DNA of 64,000 bases from Oculina patagonica (GCF_052425735.1 NC_135765.1:24924001-24988000), one strand, 5' to 3'. Counted from the first letter of the stretch, positions 1 to 13,640 are shown. Notes: generated from the letters alone by a model not told the origin. Made by a program: numbers and translations.

Positions 1-198
1 TTCAAGACCCCCAAAGGAGACATTATAGCCTCTGCATGCACTGCTTGTAATTTATCACCTTATCTCAGACCAAGGGATGAATACAAACAGTAGGTGCTTC
101 AAAAAACTATTTCCAAGTTTACAAAGAAATTGATAAATTATCTTAAAAATACCCAATTTCAGAATGGCTAAAAACAATACTCTTTCACCTTGAGGAAA

Positions 199-601
199 GG
201 GGGGGGGGGGGGGGACTCTTTATATTTTTGAGTAGGGGTGTGCTGGTGGGACTCTGTAACCGTACCCTATCCCAGACCATTTTCAGCTTATTTTGCAGTA
301 CCCTATCGTAGTATGCTAGACTACACACTGAAAATCCCTACCCTACCCCAAACTATTGTATGACTATTCCATCTTAAACTCATCTGATGAGTTTTGAAAA
401 CACACAGCAGCACACATGCATTTTCCTATCAAGCTCATATATGGGAGTATTAGGCTTGCTTACAAGTCGAGCTCACAGAGCGCGAAGCCCGAGAGCTCAA
501 TAGCGGAGCGCGAGATCTCCGCACCGGGGTCTACTACCACCAAGCCAGAATCGAGAAGCGAGCGACTTTTGGAAAGTCTATGGGAGTATGGGAGTACCCC
601 C
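199..601. mobile_element. Non-autonomous DNA transposon-like repeat with G-run start and ...GGGAGTACCCC end
   Basis: G-run followed by ACTC at 199-217 and GAGTACCCCC at ~592-601. The terminal style resembles the element at 27622-28033. It carries a nested insertion. Confidence 0.4.
451..580. mobile_element. Short MITE (TAG...CTA ends) with 9-bp TSD
   Basis: Imperfect terminal inverted repeats TAGGCTTGCTTACAAGTCG / CGACTTTTGGAAAGTCTA, flanked by direct repeat TGGGAGTAT (442-450 and 581-589). Confidence 0.6.
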
Positions 602-3244
602 AGCAAGTGGGGAGGGGGTCTTGGGCACCAAAAATACCCATATAGATTTTGAAAGGGAGTATGCCTAAAGCTGTTACTGAGGAATTTGTAAAAGGTCAAC
701 AGATTTGGGGCAGACAAAATTATGAAGAGTTAATTTCAGAAATAAATTGTCATGACACACCTACAATCTGGTTGTAGATTCTCCTGAGCCAGTAGTTCAC
801 TTGACTTATACTTGACTTAACAGTCATTGTACTGGACTGAAATGGGGTTAGTGCAGATCTGAACAACAAATGAATCAGGTAAATTGGCCTTTACAAGTGA
901 ACAAACTCATCATATACATGTAGTTTACATGAAAAATATAAACCTTTTCTTGGGCACCAACAATGTTCAGTCGGGGGTATTTTCGTTTTTATATTCAGCA
1001 TTCATTATAATTTCAAATATAAACAAACATTGAAAAGAGTGTTTCATTGTAAACAAATTATACTGTAAATTAAAAGCATTATTTTCCTTCAATGTCTGCA
1101 TGTATAATTTAGCTTTTTAGACGATCGAAGCAATATAGGGAATATCATTTTTAAGTAAAAAGAAACAAAAACATAAAAAGTCTGTTTGTAACTTAATTAG
1201 TAAATTCATGCAAAGTTCCTTCCTGTAATAAAAAATATATTTTTAATACCAGCCTCGCGATTCACAATATTTCACGCAAACAGTAAAGTTATAGTTTTGG
1301 TAGAAGTTTATGAAGCGACTAGGGTCAGGTTAAGAAAGTAGTGTGTGAATCTAAGTTCAATATAATACAAGAAAGTACAACTTTGGGGTTCCCAGACAAT
1401 GGGTAAGTTTATTAGCGACTTTACCTTCGAATTCTGCATTTCGTCGCAAACGATTTCGCATTAGTCCTGGATTAACGGCTTTCTTTCCAAGTTGGTAATA
1501 AGAGGATAAGCGCCAGGTCTCATTCGAAGTTTCTAGGGCTGGAACACGGACCAAAGTGCAAGATTCTGCTGGAAGCTTTCTGAGAAAAACATGTCGGATG
1601 ATATTGTGTTTGCTGAGCAAAGCCAGCGTGCTTTTGGCATACACATCCTCTCTTTTTCGTCGATCTCAACCATTCCTTGCATCGCTCCTCGTCTTTAAGA
1701 AGATATTTCGAATGGTCATCCGGCTTTATCGGGATTTTAAATGCCAAAAGGTGCAGCAGATCTGGTAGAGACAACAGCACTTTGCTGCATCTTCGCGCGT
1801 CGAAGCTCGCCACATGTGACGTCACAAAATCCATTTCCGACAATTTTCCGAAGCTTTTCCGAACCGTTCCGTTTGTGAAGCGAAGATAAAGGGCTGTCTT
1901 TAACATCGAATATCTCAGCGACGTTTTAACCAAATCGTTTAAAACTTTAGATTATGATTATTCACAGTATTTCCTTTCATTTAAAGTCAAAATGAGTCTT
2001 AAATAAAATTTCATCAAATTTCGTTGCATTTGACCTTTAAAGTGAAATTGAAAACACAAGGATAATTATATAAATACGGGAAGTCCAAGAAAAAAAACGT
2101 AGCCATAACCACATCAGAAAATTCTTCCTTCACATTGAAAAAAAGAGCGTGAGTGGAAATATGTCTTTCCAAGGCCATTAAAATAAATAAATAAACTAAT
2201 TAATTAATAAATTAATTAATTAATTAATAATCACTGTATCTGCGTTATTATATTTAGCACGGCTTGCTCTACTCGTGCTCTTTTTTTCTTCTTTTTTGAG
2301 GCACTGAGAAAAAAAAGGACTGCCCATAGTCCATTTATCTGCTTATAATATACACGATACGAAGCGGCCTAAAGGGCCTTTTGATTTAGTTGTTATTTTT
2401 GTTTATGTTTTTCATTCCTTTTCTTTTTTTTTTATTCCTTGAATTCCTGGGCCACTGTCACCTTGTTTGTATTTTTTTTTCTTTTGTTTTAATACTTCTT
2501 CGATGTTTTAATGTTGAATTTTGCCGTTTAATCTTTAGTATGGGCTGACTTTCATTTATATTTAGATTAACGGGGTTGAAGTCGTGTCATATGCATGCTA
2601 TCAGTGTGATACGAGGTGTGTGCCAGAAAGGGATGAACTGACGAATAATACGTCGTCATACTGTGTTGGTAGTCTAGACCGATCTGGTATGAAAAAAGTA
2701 TTTTTTAGGGAAAAAAACTTGATCCTCGCCCAGATAACAATTCCTCATACAAAATTAATGCCTTGCTTCATTTCCACAGTGTATGGGGATTGCTTGTTGT
2801 ATGCGAGCTTACTTTCGCTGATAAGATGGGAGTCTAAGCAAGTCTAGGCTGCCAGCTGGTAGGTTTTCTACTCCAACGAGATAATTTTTACTTGCACATA
2901 TTTGCCTACCGGGGTTCTGTGCCAAATATATAATTAATGTCTGTAGCTTTTGGCTGGCTGAAAAATACAAATTGGTTCGCTAAAAGATAATCAGGGTTCC
3001 ACTGTTATCCTTTTAAACGAGATCAAGGACACTCATTCCAAACATACATGTAAGCAAGGTAGAGAACTTTGATCTTCATTAAATTGCTCAACTAATTTTC
3101 GAGCAGCTGATCAAAATTATGATTAAGGCAAATAAAATCCTCCAACCAACTGATAAACCTCTTAAACAAAAATAAGCCTCGATACTTTTTTACTATAAGT
3201 GTTCATTTTATTTAATAAATTAATTGTATAAAATTACAAGATTC

Positions 3245-6200
3245 TTATGAGTACTCTGTCTCTTGAATCCTATGAAATAAAACAGAAAAATACATCGGTC
3301 AGTTTTATAACTAAACAAGATCAAAATGTACATGATCATATAAACCAATGTAAGGCATGTTTTTAAAGCTAAAGTTGATAATGAGCCGAAAGCTCGTTCA
3401 AAATACAGGTACGTCTGTACGTGCTAAGTGCCGATGAAGTACAATGGCATCATATATATAATGAGCACAATTTGCCTTTTTGGCCATAACTGTGCACAAA
3501 ACAGTAACAGATTTTGATACACTTTTTAGGAACTATAACTAACAAAAATGTTCTATTCATATAATTATTACACAGCCTTACGAAACTGCTTACTGGTAAG
3601 TTTTTATTTATACTGATAGCTTACTATTATGTACTGTGTTAACTTTAAAGTGTCCTAAAACAGTTAAAATTAAACAATAAAAAAATGAGTTGTTGTCGTT
3701 ATTATTATTCTTGTTGCCATTGCCCTTGTTGTGGTTTTGGTTGTTGTTGTTGTTGTTACCTAATATAACAACTGTGATACATTTTATTTTATATAAGAAT
3801 TTTGTCATCAACTCACATCCCCATGAATATCAAAATTTCTTGCTTTCATTTCAAGTTTTGACTTTTTGATAATCACTGGAGTGTTCATAATTTATGATCT
3901 TGTGTGTTCGTAATGTTGATTGCGTACAGAGATATAATGACTTAATTTCATTTGCCATTTTGTTATGAAATTAACTTAAGGTTTCTTCACATTGCCAGGC
4001 ACTTACTTGCACCGCGGGCAGCCAAAGAACACTGTTTGTCCTTCATCAGCAGACCTTGTTTGTCTTGTGGAATATGTCATGCCCTCATGACCACAGTTTG
4101 AACATTTTCTGTCAACCTATATTCAGGTTAAAATGAGAAAAAAGGAGGCTCCATGATGACATTTCAAACAAAATCATTCATAAATTGGTCAAAAGGCTAA
4201 AGACTGTGCACATGTAAATCTAGACCATCCCATGAAGGGGTGAATGCATGTAAGACCCTAGGTGACTCCTGATCTAATATGAAATTCTTCCTTTGATTTA
4301 TAAGCATTCCAGGAAATTGGAGGGAGAATCTAGCAATTACATCAAAAGTCACTTGGGGCTTTATTCCAGGCACATCTTTACATAATTACTGATACATTTC
4401 AGTTGAAAAATGATTTTCCAAACCTCTATTTCCTGTTAAGAAATAGATTGTTAAGTCCAGTGGACTTAACAATCTAGTCTAATTTCTTTGTGCATATAGT
4501 ATAGGGGGTATACCTAATACACTGTATGGATATAGAGATAAACAACATTTTGAATGTTTTTCAAAGCTATAACTTTGTTAGAGTGTTTTGTGCAATTTAC
4601 TGATCAACACCTTTAAAATGGTGGCTATCTGGTTTTTAATTTTTGTGTTTTGCTGCAGCCGCAATGGCTGCAAGCAAAACACATTGAGAGCTGAAGTTTG
4701 TGCCGTAAGTGCCGTAAGGTGTAAGTGCCGTAACAGAGGAGAAATCTGAACTACCGATGTCAATCAAATCCATGAACAAACAAAATCGAAACCAATGAAC
4801 CGTAGCGCTGATCGCATTCGAAGTTACGGGCCAAAGTATTCGAACGCAAACCACGTTGGACACGTTGGAAAACAGAAAACCGATTTAAAAGTATATCGCA
4901 TTGGGAAAGAAAACAAACTGTGGCGCGACCACTCCAGTTTTATGAGAAAATTATTCTGCAGTTTTCATCATTTACGAAAAGAGCGAAGACTTGGAACCTC
5001 GCCGAAGGTCATAAATATTTTCTCCAAAGGACTGGTTAGTGCACAGTTTGTAAACTTTCGCTTTGAAAATAAACTTACCCCCACCTTGTCTACACTGTCT
5101 ACAGCATACTAGTACTGTATTAACTCTGAACTTCATATTTTAAAATAAAATGTATGAACGTGTAACTTGTCACGCAAAGACAGCTGGAAAGGAATATACC
5201 ATGCTGGTAGGCTGCACCGCTAATTGTAGCTGTATTCGAGCTATATAAAAGACAGCTAGAAACGAATTAATACTAGTAACATCACAATGGGAAAGAAACT
5301 TATTCAGTGGTGCACACCGTCGAAAACAAAGAAATATTAAAGGAAGTTCTCATTCACCAGATTCACTGCATCAGATGCAACATTCGTCAGTTCGTGTTTA
5401 AATGCGTGGCGACCAGTTTGTTTACTAGTTATTAAAAAATAATACGGTCTTCATTTAATAAACAGTTCATCCTTAAATTTCAGCTTTTCTACGACTGACA
5501 GGTAGGTACTATAGTATAAGCCCCGCTAAAATAGCTGGAAAGGGAAAGTTTTTTGAAAAATGAATTTTTGACTGCCAGACGCGCTGGCGCCACATGTTTA
5601 TTTTGTGAAGATTATAATTAAACGCCGTGAAAAATAGAATTTGATGTCCAGCGAGCCACTGCATCTTCGGCTACGCAGTCCTCAGTGAATCCTCCAACTT
5701 CACAAATTTCTAAAACTTTAAGAAAACGAACTTTCGCAGAATCAAAAATTGGTCCTTATCGATCTTCCGATCTTGTTGTGAAGACACTGAAATTCGACGA
5801 GTGTTCATGCGTGAAGGGATGACTGACGAATGATAATAATTATTTGTAAACTTTCGCTTTCAAAATGAACTTTGCGTTACGTTCAACGCCGTCTTTCTGT
5901 TGTTGTACGCCGGTGCGCGTGCGATTATTTATAATTTCTGAATTTTGCATATTTAACTCAGGGTGACACAACAAGTTTGTTAAGAGTTAGTTGTTCCAGT
6001 GTTTAATTTGGGTGAAAGTGGTTAAAGAACCACTGTCTTGTCACTAATAAATATATCACATTGAGTTCTTATAAGGTCAATAGATTCTGTCTTTTTCGTT
6101 GTTGTTAAAACGCTACCATTGTGACAATGATTCCAAATACAACTAACCGTAACCAGTGAGATAACGCCACTAAAAGAATCACATTGAGTTCATTGAGATT

Positions 6201-9200
6201 TTTTTATAATGTTAAGAGTTACTGTTTTTTATCAAAGAGACAATCATGTCAGACATTACGTTAACTTACTAGTAATTAAATTATGTTTGCTGTCTTTGAT
6301 TTCAACATAACATTGATCAGTAAAATTATCAGGATTGAATTAACACAAAGTGACTACAATATAGTGCAATTATTAACCTGCACACAAGTGACAGACAATA
6401 AAAGACGTTGGATTTCAATCTCGACTCACTTGTCTTTCATCAACATGTTCCCTAAGACTTTGCTCTAGCAGCAAAACACATGGACCCATTGGGGCCCTAT
6501 TTTTAGTTTATGAAAAAAGTCCATTTGCCTTATGCAGCAAAGGGTTAAGTCCATAAATGTACATGTGCTCTTTCTTGTTTCAATGACCCCACAAAACCTG
6601 GAACAGGGCAGGTGATGCTACAATCATTGACAAAACCTTGGCACAGTTGCTGTTTTTCTTACTTGAAACATGAAAAAAATCAGTAATTTCCCCTCCCCCT
6701 TGTTGCATGGTAATTTAGAGGTAAAGTCTGTGTCCGAGCCATGAGGCTCATACAGCCGGAGCTTATCCCGGTTTCCGTAGCATTAAGCGACTAGGAGTAT
6801 TGCTACTCCCCCCTGGATGGGATGCTAGTCCATCGCAGGGTTACCCCCCAGCAGTAAATTCGCCGGTACCCATTTGTACACCTGGGTGGAGAGAGGCACT
6901 GTGAGAGTAAAGTGTCTTGCTCAAGAACACAATTGTTGCATAGCATGCAAAAATAATGCCTTCAATTGCTGCCTACTTTTGTTTACAAACTGAAACACAT
7001 TGCACGAGGAGTTTGTGCACATTGTGCTATCCAACACTGAAATTGGGGGATAAGGGTGAGTGGGCCAATGACTTTTGTCCATGATTGTAGTCTGCGAGGT
7101 CACTGCTTGTGATACATGCACATGCATGGAGCTAAGATTTGGCTGAGCTGAGAATGTTGTGGAGCAGGTGCTGTTGCCTATATGCGTATTGCCACAAAGA
7201 ACATAATCAATTAGTCAACCAACCATCTTGCTGTAACAGTAAGTTAAATTTCCTTACCATGGGTCCTACTGACTCCTCTGAATCTTTTGATGTTGCAGTC
7301 TTTTCTCTTGGAACATTGAAAACCTTTCTGGAGTGAACTTCTATTCCTTCAAAGTCTGTTAAGTAAAGATAAGGAAAGTGAAGGCTGGCATTTTTGCTGT
7401 TAGGGTGGGGACAGGTGTGGTGGTCAGCTTTCTGCAACATCCAAGAGAGGTGGGCTACATGACTTTGTATTTTACAACAACCCCAGACATCCAGCAACAT
7501 GTAACAGCTCTTACTTAAATTATTGCAGGATACCTTACAATTTAAGCTGCACTGTGTAGCCCGCTGTACCCCATCAGCATCAGATCACAAGATTTCAGCC
7601 TCAACAGGGGTGCACTGTACATGTACACTGTACATGATTGTATGGGGTTGTACAGAAGTTCTTCAAACCAAACTAGAAGCACATAACTTTATGTTTGATA
7701 CATTATTTTTACTACAAGGGTTGGAAGGTATACTTTCTCACGGCCTTTTACACAACCCCACGTTGGGAACTAGCCCAGGTCGTCTTGCCACAAAGTGTAG
7801 AAAAAAAATTAATGCTTACATGAATCAGAGTTGCCTGGTCGTATTGAAGTTTTAGTTACCATCAAGCTGACCAGGTCAGCTTCGTTTTTCACCAAAAGCT
7901 TTGACAAGCTCTGGTTTTCCTGAACCCTGATGGCTTATAAATGAAAGAAGAAAACAAGGAAACACAATCATTTGTGTCAAAATTCTAACCTGAATTGGTC
8001 ATTTGCAGACTCTAGCCGGGTCAACCCGGGTCTCAAAGAATATAGGACATTTAGCCCCCAAAATGATAAGCCCCAAGTGGATTAGCCCCTAACTGAAGTT
8101 GATAAGTAATAAGCAATTAAAATTTTTTTATGACAGTTATCTGATTACTAACAGATTGATTGTCTCAAAAAGAGGACATTTAATTACAGTCGAAACAATA
8201 AAAGCATGAACACCTAAAACTATTTCTGGGATGTTTATTAGTGACCAATCAGATGCGAGACGTAACTGCAACAAACTGCAAGAGTAATTAGCTGAAAGGT
8301 TTGGATCAGTCACAAACAACGAGTTGGCTTTTTTCCACAATAAATCCTTATTTCTACCATTAACAAATACTGAAATTGTCATTCTTTTTCTATTTCAGAG
8401 CTAATGCATAAGCAACGAATAACCATGAATGATATTTTGTTGAATTGAGCAGTTTGTAATAAATTTAAAGCGTAAAATTCTGCTCTCAGACATGCTGTCT
8501 AGCCATGTCTTTATTTTCAGTTCAATTTTCAATTCAATTACTCTTGTGGTTTGTTGCGGTTACATCTCACATCTGATTGGTTGCAAAACAATAAACATTC
8601 CAGAAATAATTTTAGGCATTCATGCTTTTATGGTTTTGACTGTAACTGTCAATTCCTATGCATTCCCATGGGTTCTCTTCTATTCTCTTCGTGAATGCAT
8701 AAAATGTTTCTCCAAATATCACTTGAAAGTGAAATTCATGGTAGCCTTGAACTGCGCAGGGTATAGATAATTCCACTTACAGTTTTGCCATCACAAACAT
8801 CAATGAAAAGAAATCTAGAATAATTGAAGTCTAGAAACAAGTGTGCTGTGCGAATCCAATTCAAGTGAATATCCGAATATGGGGAAACCATGTGCAATTG
8901 AGTTACCCAGGATGTGTAAATAACTCTGTGATTTATGACTGTTGACTAATCAGTTAAATTGATTATCTGAAAAAATTAACAATAATCAATAGCAATAAGG
9001 ACGTTCTGGTGAGTGAGTATCGATTTTTGTTGATTGGTTGAATCAATCAATAATTTAATCAATTGATTATTACTGATTACTATTGATTATATTCATTTGA
9101 TATCACCGGGAATGAACCCATTGTGTATTTACAAATGTGCACAATGATAAGCGTACAGTCACTTTTTACTAGCTAGAATGAATCAAATTTCACATCTCAA

Positions 9201-9598
9201 GAATATTTTAAATCTTGTGTTTTTAAGTTTTAATCTTGTTTTCGTAGCCTGTAACATACAGAAAATAATTTTATGTGTTTGGGTTACGTTACAATGAAAT
9301 TAAAAAAAAAACTGGATTCAACCTGTAAAGAAAGTCATGAACACATGGTAGCGTTTGTTTTTCAAAAGAAGCCCCCGGAGAAGCCAAAACTAGAGTTTGT
9401 GTCGGGCCAGCGGCCGGTGCTAGTATAAACTATACTCATTTTCGATCTCTTACCGGTTGTATCCTTCTTAAAATCACAGAGACTGCAAGACACGACATCC
9501 GTTAAGCCAGGTAAAGGGAGAATTGACCCGCAGCGAGGACAAAAATCTGGATCGCAACCAAAAGCTTCAACTTGTTTCTTCGACGCCTTCGCCGCCAT
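3245..9598 (-). CDS. POLR1H: DNA-directed RNA polymerase I subunit RPA12, 4 coding exons: 9598-9454, 7355-7258, 4116-4007, 3269-3245 (125 aa)
   Basis: Manual splicing at GT-AG sites gives 378 nt in frame: [82 protein letters not shown]-terminal zinc ribbon, plus a TFIIS-like C-terminal ribbon with [10 protein letters not shown]. Minus-strand AATAAA at ~3207-3212. Confidence 0.95.
4444..4476. repeat. Perfect palindrome with 16-bp arms in POLR1H intron 2
   Basis: TAGATTGTTAAGTCCA-G-TGGACTTAACAATCTA. Confidence 0.85.
6720..6932 (-). mobile_element. SINE fragment with CORE-like domain, 5'-truncated
   Basis: Minus strand reads TTGTGTTCTTGAGCAAGACACTTTACTCTCACAGTGCCTCTCTCCACCCAGGTGTACAAATGGGTACC, which resembles the CORE-SINE central domain. 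No tRNA head is visible. Confidence 0.6.
8182..8647. repeat. Inverted repeat pair (~110-bp arms), probable MITE, in POLR1H intron 1
   Basis: 8182-8289 (..ATAAAAGCATGAACACCTAAAACTATTTCTGGGATGTTTATT..CCAATCAGATG..CAAGAGTAATT) is an imperfect reverse complement of 8536-8647. Confidence 0.7.
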
Positions 9599-9947
9599 CT
9601 TGAATTATGGAAAGCCGCTGAATCGAATTTCCTAACCGGCGGCTCAAGATCGGTGAGCAACTCGTCACCGTTTTCTCGGGAACTTCGCAATCGAAAACAG
9701 GACCCCGGGGAAGGGCGGTGAGGGCGTACTGCCTGTGTAACGTGAACGTCCTATACGGCGTGGCTTATTCTTCAGTGATGTCAGTGATTTTAATAACAAC
9801 GTTAATAACTGTAATATTTATTTTACTTGTTTTGACAACACTTACGGAATAAACACCTGAATGCGGCCTGGTTGTCAAACGATGGATAACGATATCCACC
9901 GCATTGAAATCACTATCCAGGAGATATGGAAATGTTAAAAAAACATA

Positions 9948-11303
9948 CCGTATCTATTCGATTAAGCGCCCTGGCCGCTTATTAAATTTTTGGACCTTGA
10001 GAGTGGACGCTTATTCGAGGTAGGCGCTCATTCGAGGCTGGGCGCTTATTAAATTTTCACCATTTTCAGCAAGTAGTAAGTTTATTTTGTAACGAAACAA
10101 TAAATAGTAACAAAACGTGAAAATGTACCAAAGCAGAATTTTTACTGTTCATTAAAGTTTCTGTAAAATACTAAGAAAAAAATCGGTTTTTGGGGAAGTC
10201 TCTTAGTAGAACTTAGTCAATTTTAACTCCTCTTCTACACTTCACCTTTTTGTGTGGTGGGGGTGGGCGCTTATTCGAGGCTGGGCGCTTATTAACTTTT
10301 CCTACCTTCACGGTGGGCGCTTATTCGAGGCTGGGCGCTTAATTACTTTTCCTACCTCCAGGGTAGGCGCTTATTCGAGGCTGGGCGCTTAATTACTTTT
10401 CCTACCTTCAGGATGGGCGCTTATTCGAGGATGGGCGCTTAATTACTTTTCCTACCTTCAGGGTGGGCGCTTATTCGAGGCTGGGCGCTTAATTACTTTT
10501 CCTACCTTCAGGGTGGGCGCTTATTCGAGGTGGGCGCTAATTAACTTTTCCTACCTTCAGGGTGGGCGCTTATTCGAGGCTGGGCGCTTATTAACTTTTC
10601 CTACCTTCAGGGTGGGCGCTTATTCGAGGCTGGGCGCTTATTAACTTTTCCTACCTTCAGGGTGGGCGCTTATTCGAGGCTGGGCGCTTAATTACTTTTC
10701 CTACCTTCAGGGTGGGCGCTTATTCGAGGCTGGGCGCTTAATTACTTTTCCTACCTTCAGGGTGGGCGCTTATTCGAGGTGGGCGCTTATTAACTTTTCC
10801 TACCTTCAGGGTGGGCGCTTATTCGAGGCTGGGCGCTTAATTACTTTTCCTACCTTCAGGGTGGGCGCTTATTCGAGGCTGGGCGCTTAATTACTTTTCC
10901 TACCTTCAGGGTAGGCGCTTATTCGAGGTGGGCGCTTATTAACTTTTCCTACCGTAGGGTGGGCGTTTCTTCGAGGCTGGGCGCTTATTAACTTTTCCTA
11001 CCTTCAGGGTGGGCGCTTATTCGAGGCTGGGCGCTTATTAACTTTTCCTACCTTCAGGGTGGGCGCTTATTCGAGGCTGGGCGCTTATTAACTTTTCCTA
11101 CCTTCAGGGTGGGCGCTTATTCGAGGCTGGGCGCTTATTAACTTTTCCTGCATACAGGGTGGGCGCTTATTCGAAGTTGGGCGCTTATTCGAGGTTGGGA
11201 GCTTATTCGAGGCTGGGCGCTTAATTACTTTTCCTACCTTCAGGGTGGGCGCTTATTCGAGGTGGGCTCTTATTCGAGGTTGGGCGCTTAATCGAATAAA
11301 TAC
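9948..11303. mobile_element. Tc1/mariner/pogo-type MITE inflated by an internal minisatellite
   Basis: TA + CCGTATCTATTCGATTAAGCGCCC at the left and GGGCGCTTAATCGAATAAATAC at the right; the final GG of the right terminal repeat is missing. Confidence 0.7.
10261..11290. repeat. Minisatellite, ~20 copies of a 49-50-bp unit
   Basis: Unit GGGTGGGCGCTTATTCGAGGCTGGGCGCTTATTAACTTTTCCTACCTTCA, tandem with few variants and no unique spacers. Confidence 0.95.
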
Positions 11304-11651
11304 ATTATTACAATCTTCCACTGGATAGCGATTTATCCAGCGCTAGAGTTATCCATTCTTTAAACCTGGACCTGTAAGAAGACAAACTAAGGTATAAATG
11401 CACTACAAATGAAATCGCGAATTACATAAGCGATTTAAAAAAAAAAAAAAATAAGATAAAAATTTAAGATACGAAGTGACTCTAGCGCTAAATTAGAAAA
11501 CAAGAAGCCAAAAGTAACGTTTAAATTGATTTCGTCACAGCCGTGATATAACAATAGCAATGGTAAACAAAATACTAACCTGCTATCAGTAACAGTAGAA
11601 TGAAAAAGACAAACAAACTAAACAAAGATGATAATCCATCTTACACTTCAG

Positions 11652-11889
11652 GGCCGGGTTGTTCAAAGCACGATTAAGCTAATCCAGGATTAGTGTGAAG
11701 TTTGATTTCAGTTTTTTAACTTCTCATTGAGGTTTTCTGTTTATATTTTCTGTCCTCCATTTTTGACATCGACTAATCTCAAGCTCCACAAAACATAAGC
11801 AATAAAAACACTTTTATCCACGAAAAATTGAACCCTCGATAAACTTTTAATCCTGGGTTAGTGTTAATCGGCTTTCGAACTACCCGGCC
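11652..11889. mobile_element. MITE, PIF/Harbinger-like (3-bp TSD CAG)
   Basis: Terminal inverted repeats GGCCGGGTTGTTCAAAG / CTTTCGAACTACCCGGCC, with CAG on both flanks. Confidence 0.7.
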
Positions 11890-12265
11890 CAGGACGCAAG
11901 CGGCCCTGGCCAGTAGTAATCTATGATTTTGAACCAATCCCACAAAAAATAAGTCATAGTTGATCATTTTTAAGCCCATCATTATGTTGAAATGCTCGCT
12001 GTACGCCCTTTTGTTGAAAAGTATGTGTTTAGTCATGCGCGGGGTCAAGACAAGAATTCAGGTTGGCATTAACATACCAATTATTTTAATTATTCTTTTC
12101 AACCTTTTGACCGAACTTCAGTGTGTTTATAGGCTATCTGCAAAAAATATACTACTTTTTATAGAAAATCGCGTAAAATTTGCCTGAGCCTGAGGAAGTT
12201 CTTATTACAGCCCATACACTTTCCTAAATTTTGGGGCAAATTTCAGTGTTTAAAATGGTTCTTAT

Positions 12266-12675
12266 GGCCATCCCAATAAAATGTTTCGTTTCCCATCGCC
12301 CCGTCTTTTGTGATGATGGGTCGGTCGGTCGGGCAAAAAAAAAAAAAAAAAAGAAAAAACACTTGGGTTCCAGAGAAGGCCGGGCTGCTAAGTAAGAAAG
12401 CCTGATTACAAAGTCAACTCGAAAACGTGGTCTTTTCGTTCGTTATTCCTTATCAAATGTCTAAACAGTCTTTAAATAACGTAGTATCGATATTTAGTAA
12501 AGACAAAGACATCATATACCAATCGTTGTTAATAAAACAAGATCGTGTTCTTGTAAATTGAAGTACTTGCTTCTTTAACTAGTGAATCTGGAATTTTTTT
12601 TTTTTTTTTTTTTTACTTTTCGAAAAAAATGGGTCGGTCGGGCGATGGGAAACGAAACATTTTATTGGGATGGCC
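12266..12675. mobile_element. MITE, PIF/Harbinger-like (3-bp TSD TAT)
   Basis: Terminal inverted repeats of about 35 bp, GGCCATCCCAATAAAATGTTTCGTTTCCCATCGCCC / GGGCGATGGGAAACGAAACATTTTATTGGGATGGCC, with TAT on both flanks. Confidence 0.85.
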
Positions 12676-12729
12676 TATGAAAAAAAAAAGAGTGTAGAAA
12701 GTATAGCGTGACTCATATCAACCCGTGAA

Positions 12730-13640
12730 TTATTTGTAGATTATGACAATCGCAAGTTCTGAGTTAAGTATCTTTCTTCCGCTGCTATCGGAGATGGATG
12801 ATTCAGTCAAATACTCCATCACTTCATTAAACAGCATTCGATCAGCGGTCCCTTCGAAATCGATCTGGTGCGTCAAGTAGTCGAGCAGGACTTTGCCAGT
12901 CTGCGAGGATTTGTCGAAGCAGCTGGTAATGTCCATCTCGTATTGTACCTTGGGAAATTCTTCATATTTCCATTTGTTCCGTTTGGCAATAGCTGCAACG
13001 TCCTTTCCAGTGTAGAATTCAGACTCTGGAAGACATTTCAACTTGCCTTCAAACTTGTGCGACAGCTTGGTGAAGAAAGAGCCTTCTCCAGCGACCATAC
13101 AAAACATTGCACCACCAATTGCTAACTGCTTGAAGCAGTTTCTAAGGGATTCCACTGCATCCATATAATATAATGAGCAAATAAAATGAGCCATGTGGTA
13201 GTGCTCGCTTTCGCGTGACAGAGAATTACAGATGAAATCTTCGAAGCGTGTTTCTCGCCATTCGAACGAAATGTCGGCAAGACTTGCCAAGGACTCGGGT
13301 AATGGCGATACATGGCGATACATTTCTGAAAATCTGCAATTAACGGTGAACTAGGCTCCACGATGCATGTGTGGATCGAGGGTTTCTCCACGTGTGATGA
13401 GCGAAGACATCTAGCTACAATTTTAAGAATTTCAATGTCGTGCTTGCCATCTCCGCTACCTACACCAAGAACGCGAAAGATTGGAGACTTTTTGACGCTG
13501 TCCGTCAGGTTCTGCATGACATGGTCTACTGCTTTACAAGAGTAATTTTTCACCGTTTCTCGTAGAGTAGAGTTTGATAATTTCACTTGAAAAGCGTTAA
13601 AATAAGCTTCATGTGAAGAAGACAGCGGCCGCGGCTCCAT
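12730..13640 (-). pseudogene. HNMT-like SAM methyltransferase copy A, frameshifted
   Basis: Split over ORFs 13122-13670 and 12730-13323. Motifs VLGVGSGDG, CIVEPS, HFICSLYY. A tandem duplication of TGGCGATACA near 13303-13322 gives a net +8 bp relative to intact copies. Confidence 0.85.

Larger units (their letters stand above)
9865..11370. mobile_element. Old MITE split by a nested element
   Basis: Left half GGTTGTCAAACGATGGATAACGATATCCACC..CACTATCCAG (9865-9945) and right half CTGGATAGCGATTTATCCAG..TTATCCAT (~11305-11370) are inverted and self-similar. Confidence 0.45.

Noticed and set aside
10261-11290. CRISPR-like regular repeats
   Set aside because: No unique spacers, no cas genes, eukaryotic context; it is a MITE-internal minisatellite.
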